Shown piece after piece: positions 38,641 through 52,574 of a DNA stretch of 64,000 nt. The DNA comes from Octopus sinensis (lineage: Eukaryota), in NCBI RefSeq assembly GCF_006345805.1, contig NC_043003.1:4340001-4404000 (forward strand), in the 5' to 3' direction. Position numbers and translations under genes: made by a program. The notes beneath the pieces are model-generated. The model had not been told where the DNA came from. It did no database searches and saw nothing but the letters and a program-made list of their open reading frames with translations. The first letter of the stretch is position 1. The number at the start of each line of letters is the position of its first letter.

Positions 38641-38818
38641 ACAGAGAAAATACTGACATAGAAAAAAACAACAACAAATGAATTTTAAAAAGCTCGAAAT
38701 GTTTTATGGCGAAGAAACATCTAAGCGATTGTTTTCGAATCATTGTAACTGCACACACACACACACACTGACATATTCGTATATAAATACATACATATAT
38801 TACATGCACACACGCACT

Positions 38819-38854
<36 letters not shown>

Positions 38855-40590
38855 CATAGATATATATACATATATATGCATATACTACACATATATACGT
38901 ATGAATGCATATATATGTATGTGTAAATATATGTGTGTATGTGTGTACGTGTGTGTGTATTGTATGTATCTACGTATGTATATAAGTATATATGTACTTA
39001 TGTATGTACGACATTTTTCTTACCCCCCCCCCATCACATTTAAATTCCCATCTAGCTTCCCTTACTTCCTCGTTCTATGTTTATGTATTTGCCAGGATGT
39101 GGCTCCTTCATTTAGCGTCTGTTTCGTCTCTCCGCCTCTCCAATCTTTGCCAAATATCTCATGTGTGGGATTGAAAAGCAATAATTGCAGCGAATACCAA
39201 AGAAAGACACCATTGATACAAACATAAAGGCGGTTTATTTCCGCCATTAAAACCGAGATTTCAATCATAAATCATTTTCTTCGTTTTGCTTACAAATGTA
39301 AATTTCAAATTCGGCTTTTGAACCATCAATAAATAAATAAATAAATAAATAAATAAATGAAAGACGTATTGTATGTTTATATTCTTCCTTTAACTATCGG
39401 TGTTATATCTGATCTTTATAAAAATTTGGTCAGAAAACAAACATGAGTTAGATACAATCTATCGGGAAGTGAGCTGCTGGAAAAGTTGAAAAGAAAAGAA
39501 ATTCTTGGGGCTCGTTTAAGTAACTTAATCTGATTCGGAACCGTTTAGAAGAAATAAAATATTTATAAAGACTAAATTATTTACGCAGATTTTCAAATTT
39601 AAAATGAGAACTATTATGTAATATTATATAAGGTTTATTTGCATTGGCTTTTTCCTCATTCTTTGCAAAATTTTCTATCTAATCGCCACCAAAAGATCTT
39701 CCTGTTGTGCTTCGTTTGTTTATGACAAGGCTTTAATTTTTAAAGACCAATTATACCATGATTTGGCAGAAAAGTAATGTCGATCAAAGAAAATCAACAA
39801 ATAATTATAGAAAATAGAATGCTAGATATACTATTTAAAACCAGAAGCTATCTTCTGAATCTATAAAGCATGTGTTGTGTAAGTGCTTGTCAATATTCTT
39901 TTATGAAGCTTTTACTTAACGGGTTTCATAATACCGACCTTGCCAAACTGAGGGCCTTATAGCAGCTGACGGATCCTTATAATCTAGAAACGTTCGGTAA
40001 TGGCTTTCTTGTATGCTCAACTAGACAATAATATTAATGAACTCCTAATATTTTTTAATTACAACATTTAAGCCAACTGCAGTTATTTCAGATGTTGTAG
40101 ACACTGGCAATTAATCTCCGTCTTGGTGGTCATTCTAGTTACTTGAAATAGCAATAAAATCTAATTTAAACAAGCGAATGAAGGACAGATTGGATAATGT
40201 TGTTCTACAAACATTGCGTCTGAGAAACAGATGAGGTGGTCACAGTAGGACTCGTACATCAGAAATTACTTGGAATTAAACAGAAACAGGAACCATAACA
40301 TTAATCTTAAAAATCGCCCTAAATTTAAAGAAATTTACTATATTAGAAGCAAAAACTCAATTTCAAATTTAGAATAAGGATAGTTGGAGACAGTTTCAAG
40401 TTGGATTGGGCTTATGGATTTGGTGGGGGGGAGTATATGTATTGCGGGGGTGGGAGATGATGAGATGATTGTGGTGGCTATATTGAGGAGTGAGTGGACG
40501 ATGGTGGACAGAAGGTGTTCCTAGTGGAGGTGGAGCGGGGAAGTACCAGTCATAACTTTTGGTGATAAACAAGGCGTTGAGATGTCGAGG

Positions 40591-40655
<65 letters not shown>

Positions 40656-42879
40656 CAGAAACATACACAGGAACTAACCCGCCAGTTTTGATATACACAA
40701 ATTAAATACACACACGCACACACTCACGCTTATAAGAACACACACGCAAACATGCATATATCCATACACCGTTACGAAGAGGTATACGTAGACAACCAGA
40801 ATTCTCCTAGATTGCTCCTTTCGGAAGGGACATTGAACATCACACAGTGACCATTTCTCATGTGACACTATTGTAACTACACGCAGCTAATTCCCCCTAG
40901 CGGGAAGGTCATATACACGAATGATCGTTAATCAGAAGGGAGTAATCCCGCTTGATCTCTATTTGCAATTACTAATAAAACTAACCAAATTGTCTTATCA
41001 AAAGTAATCAGATTCCTGCGTATCTTATTTTTACACAGCATCCCAAAGGTCAGAATATATTCTCCATATTATTAATGATAAGCATTAATTATATAAGAGA
41101 CATACAGAGCACGCTTTAAAACACTTCTTTCTGAAGATGTGATCTAGGTGGAAGCAATTTTGGCTGAGAAACGTTGTAATACCAAGAAATATATCGCATA
41201 CAAAGACAAGACCTATATTGCTTGAAATGGCTATAGTATGATGCTTTAAATAACACACATACACAAACATATATGCATAGACAAACACACACACACACAC
41301 ACACACACATACATTTCGACAAATCTCAAATGTCTACTTTCTGTTTCTGGGTTCCAAATTCATGACTTAAAAGACTACCAAAGGTGATGCCATTGAATTA
41401 AAACCGGGGTCTATAAAACCCGAAAGCCATGTAAATTATATAACACTCACACGCACATACTCACACACATACACACAAAGACACATACGCGCACACGGAC
41501 ACTTATGCCGTAAGTATTTACATACCACACTTCAGTCAAATTCTTTCATATTTCAAATATTGTATCACAGCAAAGGTTTTTTTTTTTATTTAATTTCATT
41601 TTTTCTCTTTCAGAAGTCTTCGATTACACTGAGAAAATAATGAAGTATATCATACTACAGCCGGTGGGAGATAGTTGGAGCAGGGTGTTCTGTCAGCATT
41701 TGATGTTGTCCTTTTAAGATTCTGGAATAAGAAGATGAAGAAGAAGTCTTTAAATTTCATGGACATGATTTAAGAAAGAACAGGAAAGAATGTTAATGAG
41801 AAGTCTACGAAAATGAATTGATTAGAAGCAGTGGAGTGGAAGACTAAGTTGTACAGGTGCGGCACAATAAGGAGAAGATAGAACGGATTAAAATATTTCA
41901 TGAAGAATTCTGTTAATCTCTGTGAAACGGTTCCAATGTGAAAGTATCTTTGACAGTACTGTAGTGATGTAGATGAAACGGAACAATTGGGTGTAACACA
42001 ACAGCACCACACAGCGTGCAGCGGCGTTTAGGGAGGAAGAAAAGGGGGGGGTAGCCGTTGTTTCAGAACATTGTTAAATTTTAGTGAAAGTCTTGAGAAT
42101 TTAAATAAGATGCGTGTGTGCGTTGGGGCTGGGGTGGGGTGCGTACGTGAAATGCGATGGAGAGATGGAGAAAGGAAAAGAGAAGAAACAACAGGTTAGT
42201 TACACAATATAGGTGTTGATGGTGAAGAAAGAGAAGATAAACTAGAACCTAATGATTAAGAGAGGGAATGAGTAAAAGAAGAGAGAGCTTATTTGCGATC
42301 GTAATTTCTATTAACATTGATGGCGGAGGAATGGATATGTTAAAGAGATTTCAAAGCAAACTATTTTTCCACCGACATATCTCGATCGTTTGATGAAAAT
42401 TGCTAAAAATTATTAGTTTTCCAACAAATTGTAAAGAGTTCGTTCATTAAAAGTCAATAGCACAAAAGAAAGTTACAAGAAAGCTGTGGACAAACAAGAT
42501 TAATAACGAGATGAAAGTTAATCGGAACTTTGGTGAAGAAGACATCGAAGTGAATGTAAATGAAAATCGAAATGCGTTAATAAATATACTTTCAATATTT
42601 CGGTGGCGAGGAAGGTTTCAAAATAAACAACTTTTCATTTCACTGGCCACAACAAGATATTTGAATATTATCTTGTTCGGCTCGAGATTGACTTGTACTT
42701 AGTATTAAATCAATTATTTACGGGTTGTTGGGTGGCAGAAATATTAGTGGGAAAAAGGATTGATGTTAAGTTGCGCTCCTTTAGATTTTGAGGTCGCATA
42801 GCGCCTACATAATGTTATTCAATAATAATCTTTTTTTCAAATATTGGAACAAAGCAAGCAGTCTTAGAGGGAGGGGTTT

Positions 42880-43050
42880 TGTCAGTTATACTCTACCCTG
42901 GTGTTTCACTAGCACTTTATTTCGTCGACCCCCGAAAAGATAAAAGTCGAAGATGTCTGCGGTGGTATTTGAACTCAGAACGTAAAGAGCCGTATGCAAT
43001 ACGGCAAGCATTTTCGTCTGATACTCTAGGGATTCTGCCAGCTCACTGCT
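42880..43050 (-). mobile_element. Old SINE family B
   Basis: TCGACCCCGAAAAGATAAAAG...TTTGAACTCAGAACGTAAA...TTCTGCCAGCTCAC. Confidence 0.8.
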
Positions 43051-43296
43051 TTAATAATAATGATTTCGTTTATTGGCCACAAGGACCCAAGATATTGAGG
43101 GCAACATCAAAAGATGTAATATAAGGGAGAAAAATAAAGGTAGGGTTTATATTGATCAAAGGGGGAAAATAACAAAAACAAAAATTAGAAAAAAAAAATA
43201 TATATATATATGAAAGAAGAATTCAGAAAAATAAATAAATAAAATACCCCTGATGGGTGGGGCAGTACACACAGGGCATCTTCGGTTAAAGAACAA

Positions 43297-43375
<79 letters not shown>

Positions 43376-43380
43376 TGATG

Positions 43381-43443
<63 letters not shown>

Positions 43444-43444
43444 T

Positions 43445-43592
43445 ACGGGAAGATAAGCTATTGTGGTTGATGAAAAAGGTAGCAGTAGTACCAATAATTG
43501 TCGGAGCCCTGGAAACAGTGAGCAAAACTCTCGAGAAGTACGTGGAACAAATAGGGGCTGCAATAAGGGCGGAGCACTTGCAGAATACATAC
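43445..43592 (+). mobile_element. Endonuclease C-terminal fragment of a third R4/Dong-like lineage
   Basis: LWLMKKVAVVPIIVGALETVSKTLEKYVEQIGAAIRAEHLQ directly after (AAT)n at 43298-43440. Confidence 0.7.
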
Positions 43593-44006
43593 ATACACGT
43601 GTCTCGACGACAATATAAGTTTGTGCGTCAGATTCTATGCCTGAATGTGTGTGTATGTGAATACATATACATGTGTATGTTTGTATGTATGCTTACATAT
43701 GTGTATGTATATATACAAACACACACAAACATGCATATATATATATACATAACATATCCATATGTATATATATGTACACATATCTATATATAAGTTATAT
43801 ATTATATATATATCTATATGTATATGTATATATGTATATATAAATAATATATAATATATTATATATATATAATGTATATGTATATATGTTATATATTAAT
43901 ATATAATATGTATATGTATATATGTATATATGTATATATATATATATATGTATATGTTTATATGTATATATATATATATATATATGTTGTATATGTATAT
44001 ATATAT

Positions 44007-44045
<39 letters not shown>

Positions 44046-44050
44046 ATGTA

Positions 44051-44141
<91 letters not shown>

Positions 44142-44545
44142 TTATTAAAAACACACACGCACACACACAAACGTTATCTCCTACCTCTGGGAATATTATC
44201 AAAGACATTTGATTAAACAGTTGTTGTTGAAACTGAACAACAGACAAGAACTGCATGTCGTTAATTAGTTAATGTAATCACTGATATTGCGCCCCACTGC
44301 CACCACCACCACCAAATCAGAGCAACGTAACCATTCTCTTCTGCTTAGGCTCCAACTGTTTTATAAACGAAATATTGCAGACAAATGGTTAAATTAGAAA
44401 CCGTTGTTTACGCCTTTACATTCTTTTATTTCTAAGTTAGGTTTTGGTGACTTTCTTAATCAAAGGAAACTGTTTCACAAAGACTCTCATGAAATACAGG
44501 GCACTGTCATACATACACACATACACATACATATCTACATATATA

Positions 44546-44776
44546 GGGCGGTGAGCTGGCAGACACGTTAACGCGCCGGGCGAAATGCTTAGCGGTATTT
44601 CGTCTGCCGTTACGTTGTGAGTTCAAATTCCGTAGAGGTCGACTTTGCCTGTCATCCTTTCGGGGTCGATAAATAAAGTACCAGTTTCGCACTGGGGTCG
44701 ATATAATCGACTCAATTCCTTTGTCTGTCCTTGTTTATCCCCTCTATGTTTAGCCCCTTGTGGGCAATAAAGAAAT
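44546..44776 (+). mobile_element. SINE family B, full length
   Basis: Complete match to the family. Confidence 0.95.
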
Positions 44777-44828
44777 GTATATACATATCTACGTGTATTT
44801 ACGTGTATATATATATATATATATTATT

Positions 44829-45199
44829 CTTTTATTTGTTTCATTCATTTAACCGCAGCCATGCTGGAGCACCACCTTTAGGCAAAGAAATCGAACTCAG
44901 GACTTATTCTTTGTAACCTTAGAAATTTATTCTACTCTCACCTTTGCCGAACCGGTGCGTTACGGGGACGTAAACACTCCGACATCGGTTGCCAAGCGAT
45001 GGCGGAAGACAAATACAAGTATATACATATATACGACGACGGGCTTCTTTCCGTTTCCGTCTACAAAATCCACTCACAAGGATTTGGTCGGCCCGAGGCT
45101 GTAGTAGAAGACATTTGCCCAAAGTGCCAAGCATTGGGACTGAACCCGTAACAATATGGTCGGGAAGTAAGGTTCTTACCACACATCCACTTCTGCACC
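44829..45199 (-). mobile_element. SINE family A, diverged full length
   Basis: Colinear match. Confidence 0.85.
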
Positions 45200-45537
45200 A
45201 ATCTGTATTTATATTCGTATTATTTTTTGGGATTTTTTTGTATTTATATTCGTGTAACATCGTCCGTTTTTCTGTCCTTGTTTCGTATACATTCGAAGCT
45301 TTTTTCCAAGAAATCTAATGCTCGTAGCTTAGTTATTCCTTGGGACTGGCCAGATTGGAGCAATTTCAAGATTAATCAGCCGAAATTGCGAGGATGATCC
45401 GGTTCTTGACTGAAGATTAGAGGCTTCGAATGACCCGTCCGTGTTTTTTGAATCGTCTATTTGTATCTTTTGCGTTCTTGTCCCATTTTGTATTTATATA
45501 TATATACAAACATATATGTGTGTGTGAATATATATAT

Positions 45538-45549
45538 AGACATAGATAC

Positions 45550-45601
<52 letters not shown>

Positions 45602-45623
45602 GATAGATAGATAGATAATAGAT

Positions 45624-45678
<55 letters not shown>

Positions 45679-45744
45679 GATAGATATAGATAGATAGATA
45701 TATAGATAGATATAGAGATAGATAGATAGATAGATGATAGATAG

Positions 45745-45781
<37 letters not shown>

Positions 45782-45830
45782 GAGATAGATAGATAAGATA
45801 GACAGACAGATAGATAGATATATAGAGAAG
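45538..45830. repeat. (GATA)n array
   Basis: Seen directly. Confidence 0.95.
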
Positions 45831-46060
45831 ACAGTAAGTACTCACATACGCACGTATTTATATGGACATACATATTCGCATGCATATGTACGCATATACC
45901 CACACATATATGTTCATAGACATGCATACATATGCATATATATGTATATATACGTATACACATACACATGCACATATATATATACACACACAAATAGATT
46001 GACGCATAAACATTCATGCATACATATATACATATCCATTTATACTTACATATATGTGTG

Positions 46061-46103
<43 letters not shown>

Positions 46104-46809
46104 TGTGTGTATACGTAAACCTCCTTATGTATGCGTGTATGTGTGTGTGTGTTTTTGTGTGTGTGTGTTTTTGTGTGTGTCTGTCTGTCTGCGCTCGTGT
46201 GTGTGTATATAAGCGTGTAGTTATGTATGCTTTTTCGACTCTAAGTGATGTCACTTTACAAACCAAATTGTAAACATATAATCTGGAAAGAATTTAGTGA
46301 AGTTGCCACCCGTATATTTTGTCTGTTCGGATCTTCTGTTGCTAATGTCTAAACAATTAGCTGTTGTTTTGAGAATGGCCTTCTTCCTGACACTAATAGC
46401 TTACATCCCGGTACTTTCATCTCATGATAACACCAAGACACGCTTCTATAGCTACCGAAGCTTTTACTAACTGAAAATTCATTATGAAACTTATCTTGAA
46501 CTTCTTTCAAATTTGATTACGTTCTCCTTTTCTCTGCACGCTTAAATACGCAATGGAAATTTGGCTGGGATCGGGGTGCCAATGATGGCTGTGTAGTTAA
46601 TACGATTTACTTGACTGCTACGAGGTGTGGGGTTCGATTTCACAGCGCAGTGAATTCAATGAAAATAACTAGGCACGGGATGACGAAAATGTTGTAAGTT
46701 CACTGCGGTAGATAGAACCCGTGTAATAATATGGTGGAACGGCGAACAAGGCGACGTCATGGCAGACTCGTTAGCACAGCGGACTCAATGCTTAGCGGCA
46801 TTTCGTTCA

Positions 46810-47335
46810 TCGACCCCGGGACTTATTCTTTGTAAGCCCAGTACTTATTCTATCGGTCTCTTTTGCCGAACCGCTAATTGACGGGGACGTAAGCATACCA
46901 GCATCGGTTGTCAAGCAATGCTAGGGGGACAAACACAGACACACATATATATATATATACATATATATACGACAGGCTTCTTTCAGTTTCCGTCTACCAA
47001 ATCCACTCACAGGGCTTTGGTCGGCCCGGGACTATAGCAGAAGACACTTGCCCAAGATGCCACGCAGTGGGACTGAACCCGGAACCATGTGGTTGGTTAG
47101 CAAGCTACTTACCACACAGCCACTCCTGTATATATATATACACACACGTATATATATATACAACGAGTTTCTTTCAGTTTCCGTCTACCAAATCCACTCA
47201 CAAGGCTGGCTTTGGTCATCCCGAGGCTATAGCAGAAGACACTTGCTCAAGGTGTCGCGCAGTGGGACTGAACCCGGAACCGTGTGGTTGGTAAGCAAGC
47301 TACTTACCACACAGCCCCTCCTGCGCCTTTTTTGC
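46810..47335 (-). mobile_element. SINE family A with a tandemly duplicated 5' module
   Basis: Head + CORE-like unit present twice (about 46965-47130 and 47160-47335). Confidence 0.9.
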
Positions 47336-47669
47336 GTCTTTATTTATTAATTTATTGCTGGTTGATGTCATAGGTTCCCATGGATATTACTACTAGTAGG
47401 GTCCCTTTAATGGAGTCTAATCTGTTAGAGTTATTCCGGTTATGTCTCCGGTCTGTGAATAACATCCTCTCCCTGAAAAGTGCCAAGAATGCTCGCCCCC
47501 CCCCCCCACTCCTCTCAATAGGCCAGTGAAACACACGAATATATACAAACACATTTGTCTAACGAATTTAAAAGCCTGTCACAGTTTTCGAATGCCCTCG
47601 TTCTTTTCTTCTTTTTCGTTTTCTGAAAACGCAACGTTTTGGACTTACGACACTTTTGCATAATACTCT

Positions 47670-47878
47670 TTTATTCTTTTACTTGTTTCAGTCATTTGAC
47701 TGTGGCCATGCTGGAGCACCGCCTTTCGTCGAACAAATAGATCTCAGGATTTATTCTCTGTAAGCCTAGTATTTATTCTATCGGCTTCTTTTGCCGAACC
47801 GGTAAGTTACAGGGACGAAAACACACCATCACCGGTTGTGAAGTGATGGGGAGACAAACACACCACACACACAACACA

Positions 47879-47951
<73 letters not shown>

Positions 47952-48102
47952 GATAGGCTTCTTTCAGTTCCGTCTACCAAACCAACTCAGAAGGTTTTGG
48001 TCAGTCCGAAGCTATATAGCCAATTACCCGAGGTGCACGCAGTAGGACTGAGCCCGGAACCATGTGGTCGGTAAGCAAGCTTCGTACCACGCAGCCTACG
48101 TC
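47670..48102 (-). mobile_element. SINE family A, full length
   Basis: Colinear match. Confidence 0.9.
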
Positions 48103-48220
48103 TAGTAGTTTTTGTTTTATTTTAACTTTCGACCTCGGAACTCGGCGAGTCGAAACACACAAGTCATTTCATCCGACATTCAAACGACGATTGGATCACA
48201 CACACACACACACACACACG

Positions 48221-48252
<32 letters not shown>

Positions 48253-48469
48253 AGTATACAAGCACATGCAGAAACTAATGCAGAGACACACATGTACTCT
48301 TCCACACAGACAACGATAGCCAAATACCCACACATTCATTTTATTGTCGAATATGTTCAACAATAAAATCGATCATAAAATGTCTTCGAAAGGAGTCAAT
48401 TTAAAGATGTTTCGACGATGAAACTGCTGCAGGCACGTATAATGGTCAGACCAATCAAATAACTTGACA

Positions 48470-48835
48470 TGTGTGTGTTGTATGTGTGTGTGTGGTGTGG
48501 TGTGTGTGTGTGGTGTGTGTGTGGTGTGTGTTTGTTGTGTGTTGTGTGTGTGTGTGTGTGTGTGTGTGTGAGTGTTGTGTTGTGTGTGTGTGTGAGTGAG
48601 TGTGTGTGTGAGTGTGTGTGTGTGTGTGTTGTTGTGTGTGTGTGGTGTGTGTGTGTGTGTGTTGTGTGTGTGGGTTTGTGTTGTGTGTGTGAGTGTGTGT
48701 GTGTGGTGGGTGTTTGTTGTGTGTGTGTGTGTGTGAGTGTGTGTGTGTGGTGTGTTTGTGGTTTGTGTGTGTGTGTGTTGTGTGTGTGTGTGTGTTTGTT
48801 GTGTGTGTGTGTGGTTGTTGTGTGTGTGTGTGTGT

Positions 48836-48908
<73 letters not shown>

Positions 48909-48915
48909 TTGTGTG
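48470..48915. repeat. Interrupted (TG)n array of about 450 bp
   Basis: Seen directly. Confidence 0.95.
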
Positions 48916-49150
48916 TACGCGTGCGCACCTTACGCAAGTGTGTGTTTCTTACTTCACAAAATTTACATAAATGAAAGCTATTATGTAAATTTTTCGACCA
49001 GATTAAACAGACCATTGATCAAAATGAATCCAGTCGTGACCATCCTCTCTCTTTTTTTACACGTATAATGAACACAACATTTTCTTTTTCTTTTTTTTTT
49101 TTGGATAGTAGGAAACGTATTAACGGAGATTTGGTTACTATTTCTTATTT

Positions 49151-49565
49151 TATTTCTTTACTGCCCACAAGGGGCTACACACAGAGGGGACAAACAAGGA
49201 CAAACAAACGGATTAAGTCGATTATAACAACCCCCGTGCGTAACTGGTACTTATTTAATCGACCCCGAAGGGATGAAAGGCAAAGTCGACCTCGGCGGAA
49301 TTTGAACTCAGAACGTAGCGGCAGACGAAACACCTATTTCTTTACTACCCACAAGGGGCTAAACACAGAGGGGACAAACAAGGACAGACAAACGGATTAA
49401 GTCGATTACATCGACCCAGTGCGTAACTGGTACTTAGTTTATCAACCCCGAAAGAATGAAAGTTAAAGTCGACCCGGTGGAATTTGAACTCAGAACGTAA
49501 CAGCAGACGAAATACGGCTAAGCATTTCGCCCGGCGTGCTAACGACTCTGCCAGCTCACCGCCTT
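49151..49565 (-). mobile_element. Head-to-tail SINE family B dimer
   Basis: Full copy at about 49332-49565 followed by a headless copy; junction GCAGACGAAACACCTATTTC. Confidence 0.9.
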
Positions 49566-49629
49566 CATTTTGGTTGCTATTTCTAATCTGTTCTGTGACC
49601 ATATGAAGACCCAGCTCGTTCACTTCTTG

Positions 49630-50170
49630 TTGTTGCTGTGTACTTTAACACAAACAAAAACCAGCACACAACTGCTGCAGCACAAACAATGACCACATCT
49701 CAACTGTAACATAAACAACAACCACCACACATCTACTACAACACAAACAACAACCAGTACACAACGGTCAACTCATCTCTACAGTAACACAAGCAACCAC
49801 CACACCTCTACTACAACATAAACAATGACCACCACACCTCTAATACAGCACAAACAATAACCACCACACCTCTACTACAACACAAACAGCAACAACCATA
49901 CCTCTACTACAACACAAACAATAACAACCACACCTCTACTACCGCGCAAACAACAACCACTATTCCTCTACTACAATACAAACAGCAACCACCATACCTC
50001 TACTACAACACAAACAACAGCTACTGCGCCTCTGCTACAGCGCAAACATCAACAATCACACCCTCACTACAACACCACCAACAACAACCAACGCGCAACA
50101 GTCAACTCACTTCCACTGTGACACAAACAGCAACTAACAGCCCTCTACAGCAACCCAGACGACAACCACG
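49630..50170. repeat. 32-bp minisatellite (consensus ACAACACAAACAACAACCACCACACCTCTACT)
   Basis: CCTCT in exact 32-bp register at 49805, 49837, 49869, 49901, 49933, 49965, 49997 and 50029; degenerate at the edges. Confidence 0.9.
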
Positions 50171-51014
50171 ACCCCGCTCCACTCATAGCCGAACCAACCC
50201 AACGATATTTAAATAGTTCTCTTCGCACAATCCCTCTCGCCAGTCAAAAGATGTTTTGTGAGTTTCTTTTGTGTTCTTCTTTTCTCTCCCCCATTCACTC
50301 GGTTCCTATTTATTCACGTGTCACATAGTTAGACGACCTATTGAATGTTAAATCTGATAAATATCTTCTCTGTTATTGAAGCAGGAAATTGTCATAAAAC
50401 CTGTGTTAAAAATGTTTTCTGACAGTCAACAGCACAAAGTCACATCCCTAGAGAAAGCAGATAGCAGTGACAATAACTTTCTCTTGTTTTTCAAAACAAT
50501 ATAGACGGAAATATAAATAGGATAATATTTAAGCAACACTAAGCAAACACAGTACACAGCTATGGTTGTGTAGCTTAGCAGTTTTCTTGGTAACGAGGTG
50601 GTTACTAGTTCAATTTCACTACACAGCACCTTGAGTCTGCGAAATCTAGAGCAGTACCGTGTGGAACAGTCTTATGAGTAAAGTTTGGTAAATGGGAACT
50701 GAATAGGAGCATGGAGGAAGAAACCTTTCTGTTTTTGAGTACTATATTCACTTATGTCTAATATTAGTTTTAATTCTTGGTCCTTGGGTGTCTTTAGTGG
50801 ACTTTGTTGTTGCGAGGATTTGGGTTAACGTAAAGCTACTTCCTGCCGCTCCTTTTCTGACTATCTCGTGGAAACAAATAACATTAAACTATACACTTTT
50901 TAACATGTAACACATGTAATTTTCATTTTTTTTTTTTTAGATTTAACCCATAAGAAATAAGAAAGATAGCCACACTAAGCTTTAAACGAAAAAAAATTGC
51001 ATTGTTTACATTTG

Positions 51015-51140
51015 ATGGATATTTGTCTTTCATCTTGTTTGCTGTTAACACAGAATTTCGGCTAATATACCCTCCAGCCTACATCAGGCGTCTTGGGGAA
51101 AATTTCGAACCTGGGTTCTCATTCCTAAGATATTTTTCGA
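51015..51140 (-). mobile_element. Penelope-like terminal fragment with a degenerate hammerhead
   Basis: Minus strand CCTGATGTAGGCTG-gagggtatat-TAGCCGAAA (51047-51092); adjacent to (ATT)n. Confidence 0.55.
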
Positions 51141-51169
51141 TGTTATTATTATTATTATTATTATTATTA

Positions 51170-51222
<53 letters not shown>

Positions 51223-51527
51223 GTTTACAAACTATATATATATATTTACATGTATGTGTGTGTGTGTGGAAATAAGAGACGGAAGATGGAATATACGAGA
51301 CCGTATTATTAATCACGACAATTGTTTCGATACATCTAGCATCGATCCCTCGCGGGTGTGACAGTTATATATATATATATAGGGAACACAAACGCTCTCA
51401 CGCACGCACACACAAAACACACACGCACACATGCACACACGAGCGCCCAAGCACACACATACACACACATATATATAATTATATATAGGTAGAGAGACAA
51501 AAGATATGCATATGTGTATGCATCGTA

Positions 51528-51678
51528 TCAGGACAATTACGCGACCCCTAGGACAATTACCCACTCTTTGTTAATTACCCCCTCCCCAATATATTAAGAA
51601 GTTTTAAATCATCATTTGTTATCCTCAGGGGTAATTGTCCTTGGTGGGTTATTGTCAATTTGGGGTAAATGTCCTAGA
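51528..51678. mobile_element. Small MITE-like element with repeated subterminal motifs
   Basis: GGACAATTAC twice on the left (51531, 51551); GTAATTGTCC and GTAAATGTCC inverted on the right (51631, 51665). Confidence 0.6.
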
Positions 51679-51769
51679 CTCATATGTATATATACATACA
51701 CACACAGAAAGAGACAACAGAAACATACATAGATAAACATATATATATATATATATATATATAAAACAA

Positions 51770-52300
51770 ACTTACTTAGAAATGGATGCGTGCGTTCTGT
51801 CGTATAATAACAAATTAATAAATAAAACATATGCATATATATATACATATATGTACGTACCTACATCTACATGTATATATACATGCATATATGGGTACAG
51901 GACACCAAAAAACGTCGAACACAATAAGAAACGAAAACATAAACACAAAACCAAGGAAATGGACTTTTTTCTTAAACAACGAAAAAATAGAGTACAGGAC
52001 AAATAACACAAGGAAAATTCCCCTTCTTCAGTCGCCATGGTTTCATCTACTCCGCGTTTCGAAGGTGAAGGCGAGACGCGTCTTCGACTGAAACATTCCT
52101 TCCCGCGAAAAGCAAATTAAATAAAATTTGAGATTTTTTGCGGAGGGGTAAAAATGGTAACAAAAACAGGACAGTAACGACAGTACAAAATATAAACAGT
52201 AAAAGACAGGACCAAGGAGAATAACAGTAACACAGACAAGAAGGGCTGTTAGCCGAACGAGATAAAATATTACGAACGCTATTTTTGAGAACGGCGAAGG
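51770..52300. repeat. Second copy of the 31681-32180 repeat
   Basis: Colinear homology. Confidence 0.7.
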
Positions 52301-52496
52301 AGCCACAGAAAATGCCGTCTACACTCGTGTGGAGCAAGGTCAGAAAAGACATTAGTTTCCTCATCGCTGACCAGCGACGGGACAGGGGAGGAGGAGTAAG
52401 AGAAAGGGAAGGGGAGAGAAAAAAGAGGAATGGTTGTAGAGAAAACTAGAAAGAATGAAGAATAAGAGAGAGGGAGGGAGAGACAGTAAGTTCATT

Positions 52497-52546
<50 letters not shown>

Positions 52547-52574
52547 ATGAAAACTGAATGGAAATAGTAGTTAA

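Noticed and set aside
49630-50170. 32-bp repeat as a CRISPR array
   Set aside because: The units are contiguous with no unique spacers, there are no cas genes, and the context is eukaryotic
52015-52080. Type II hammerhead (GAAA...CUGAAGA order on the minus strand; also near 31945-31990)
   Set aside because: Stem I cannot be paired in either copy
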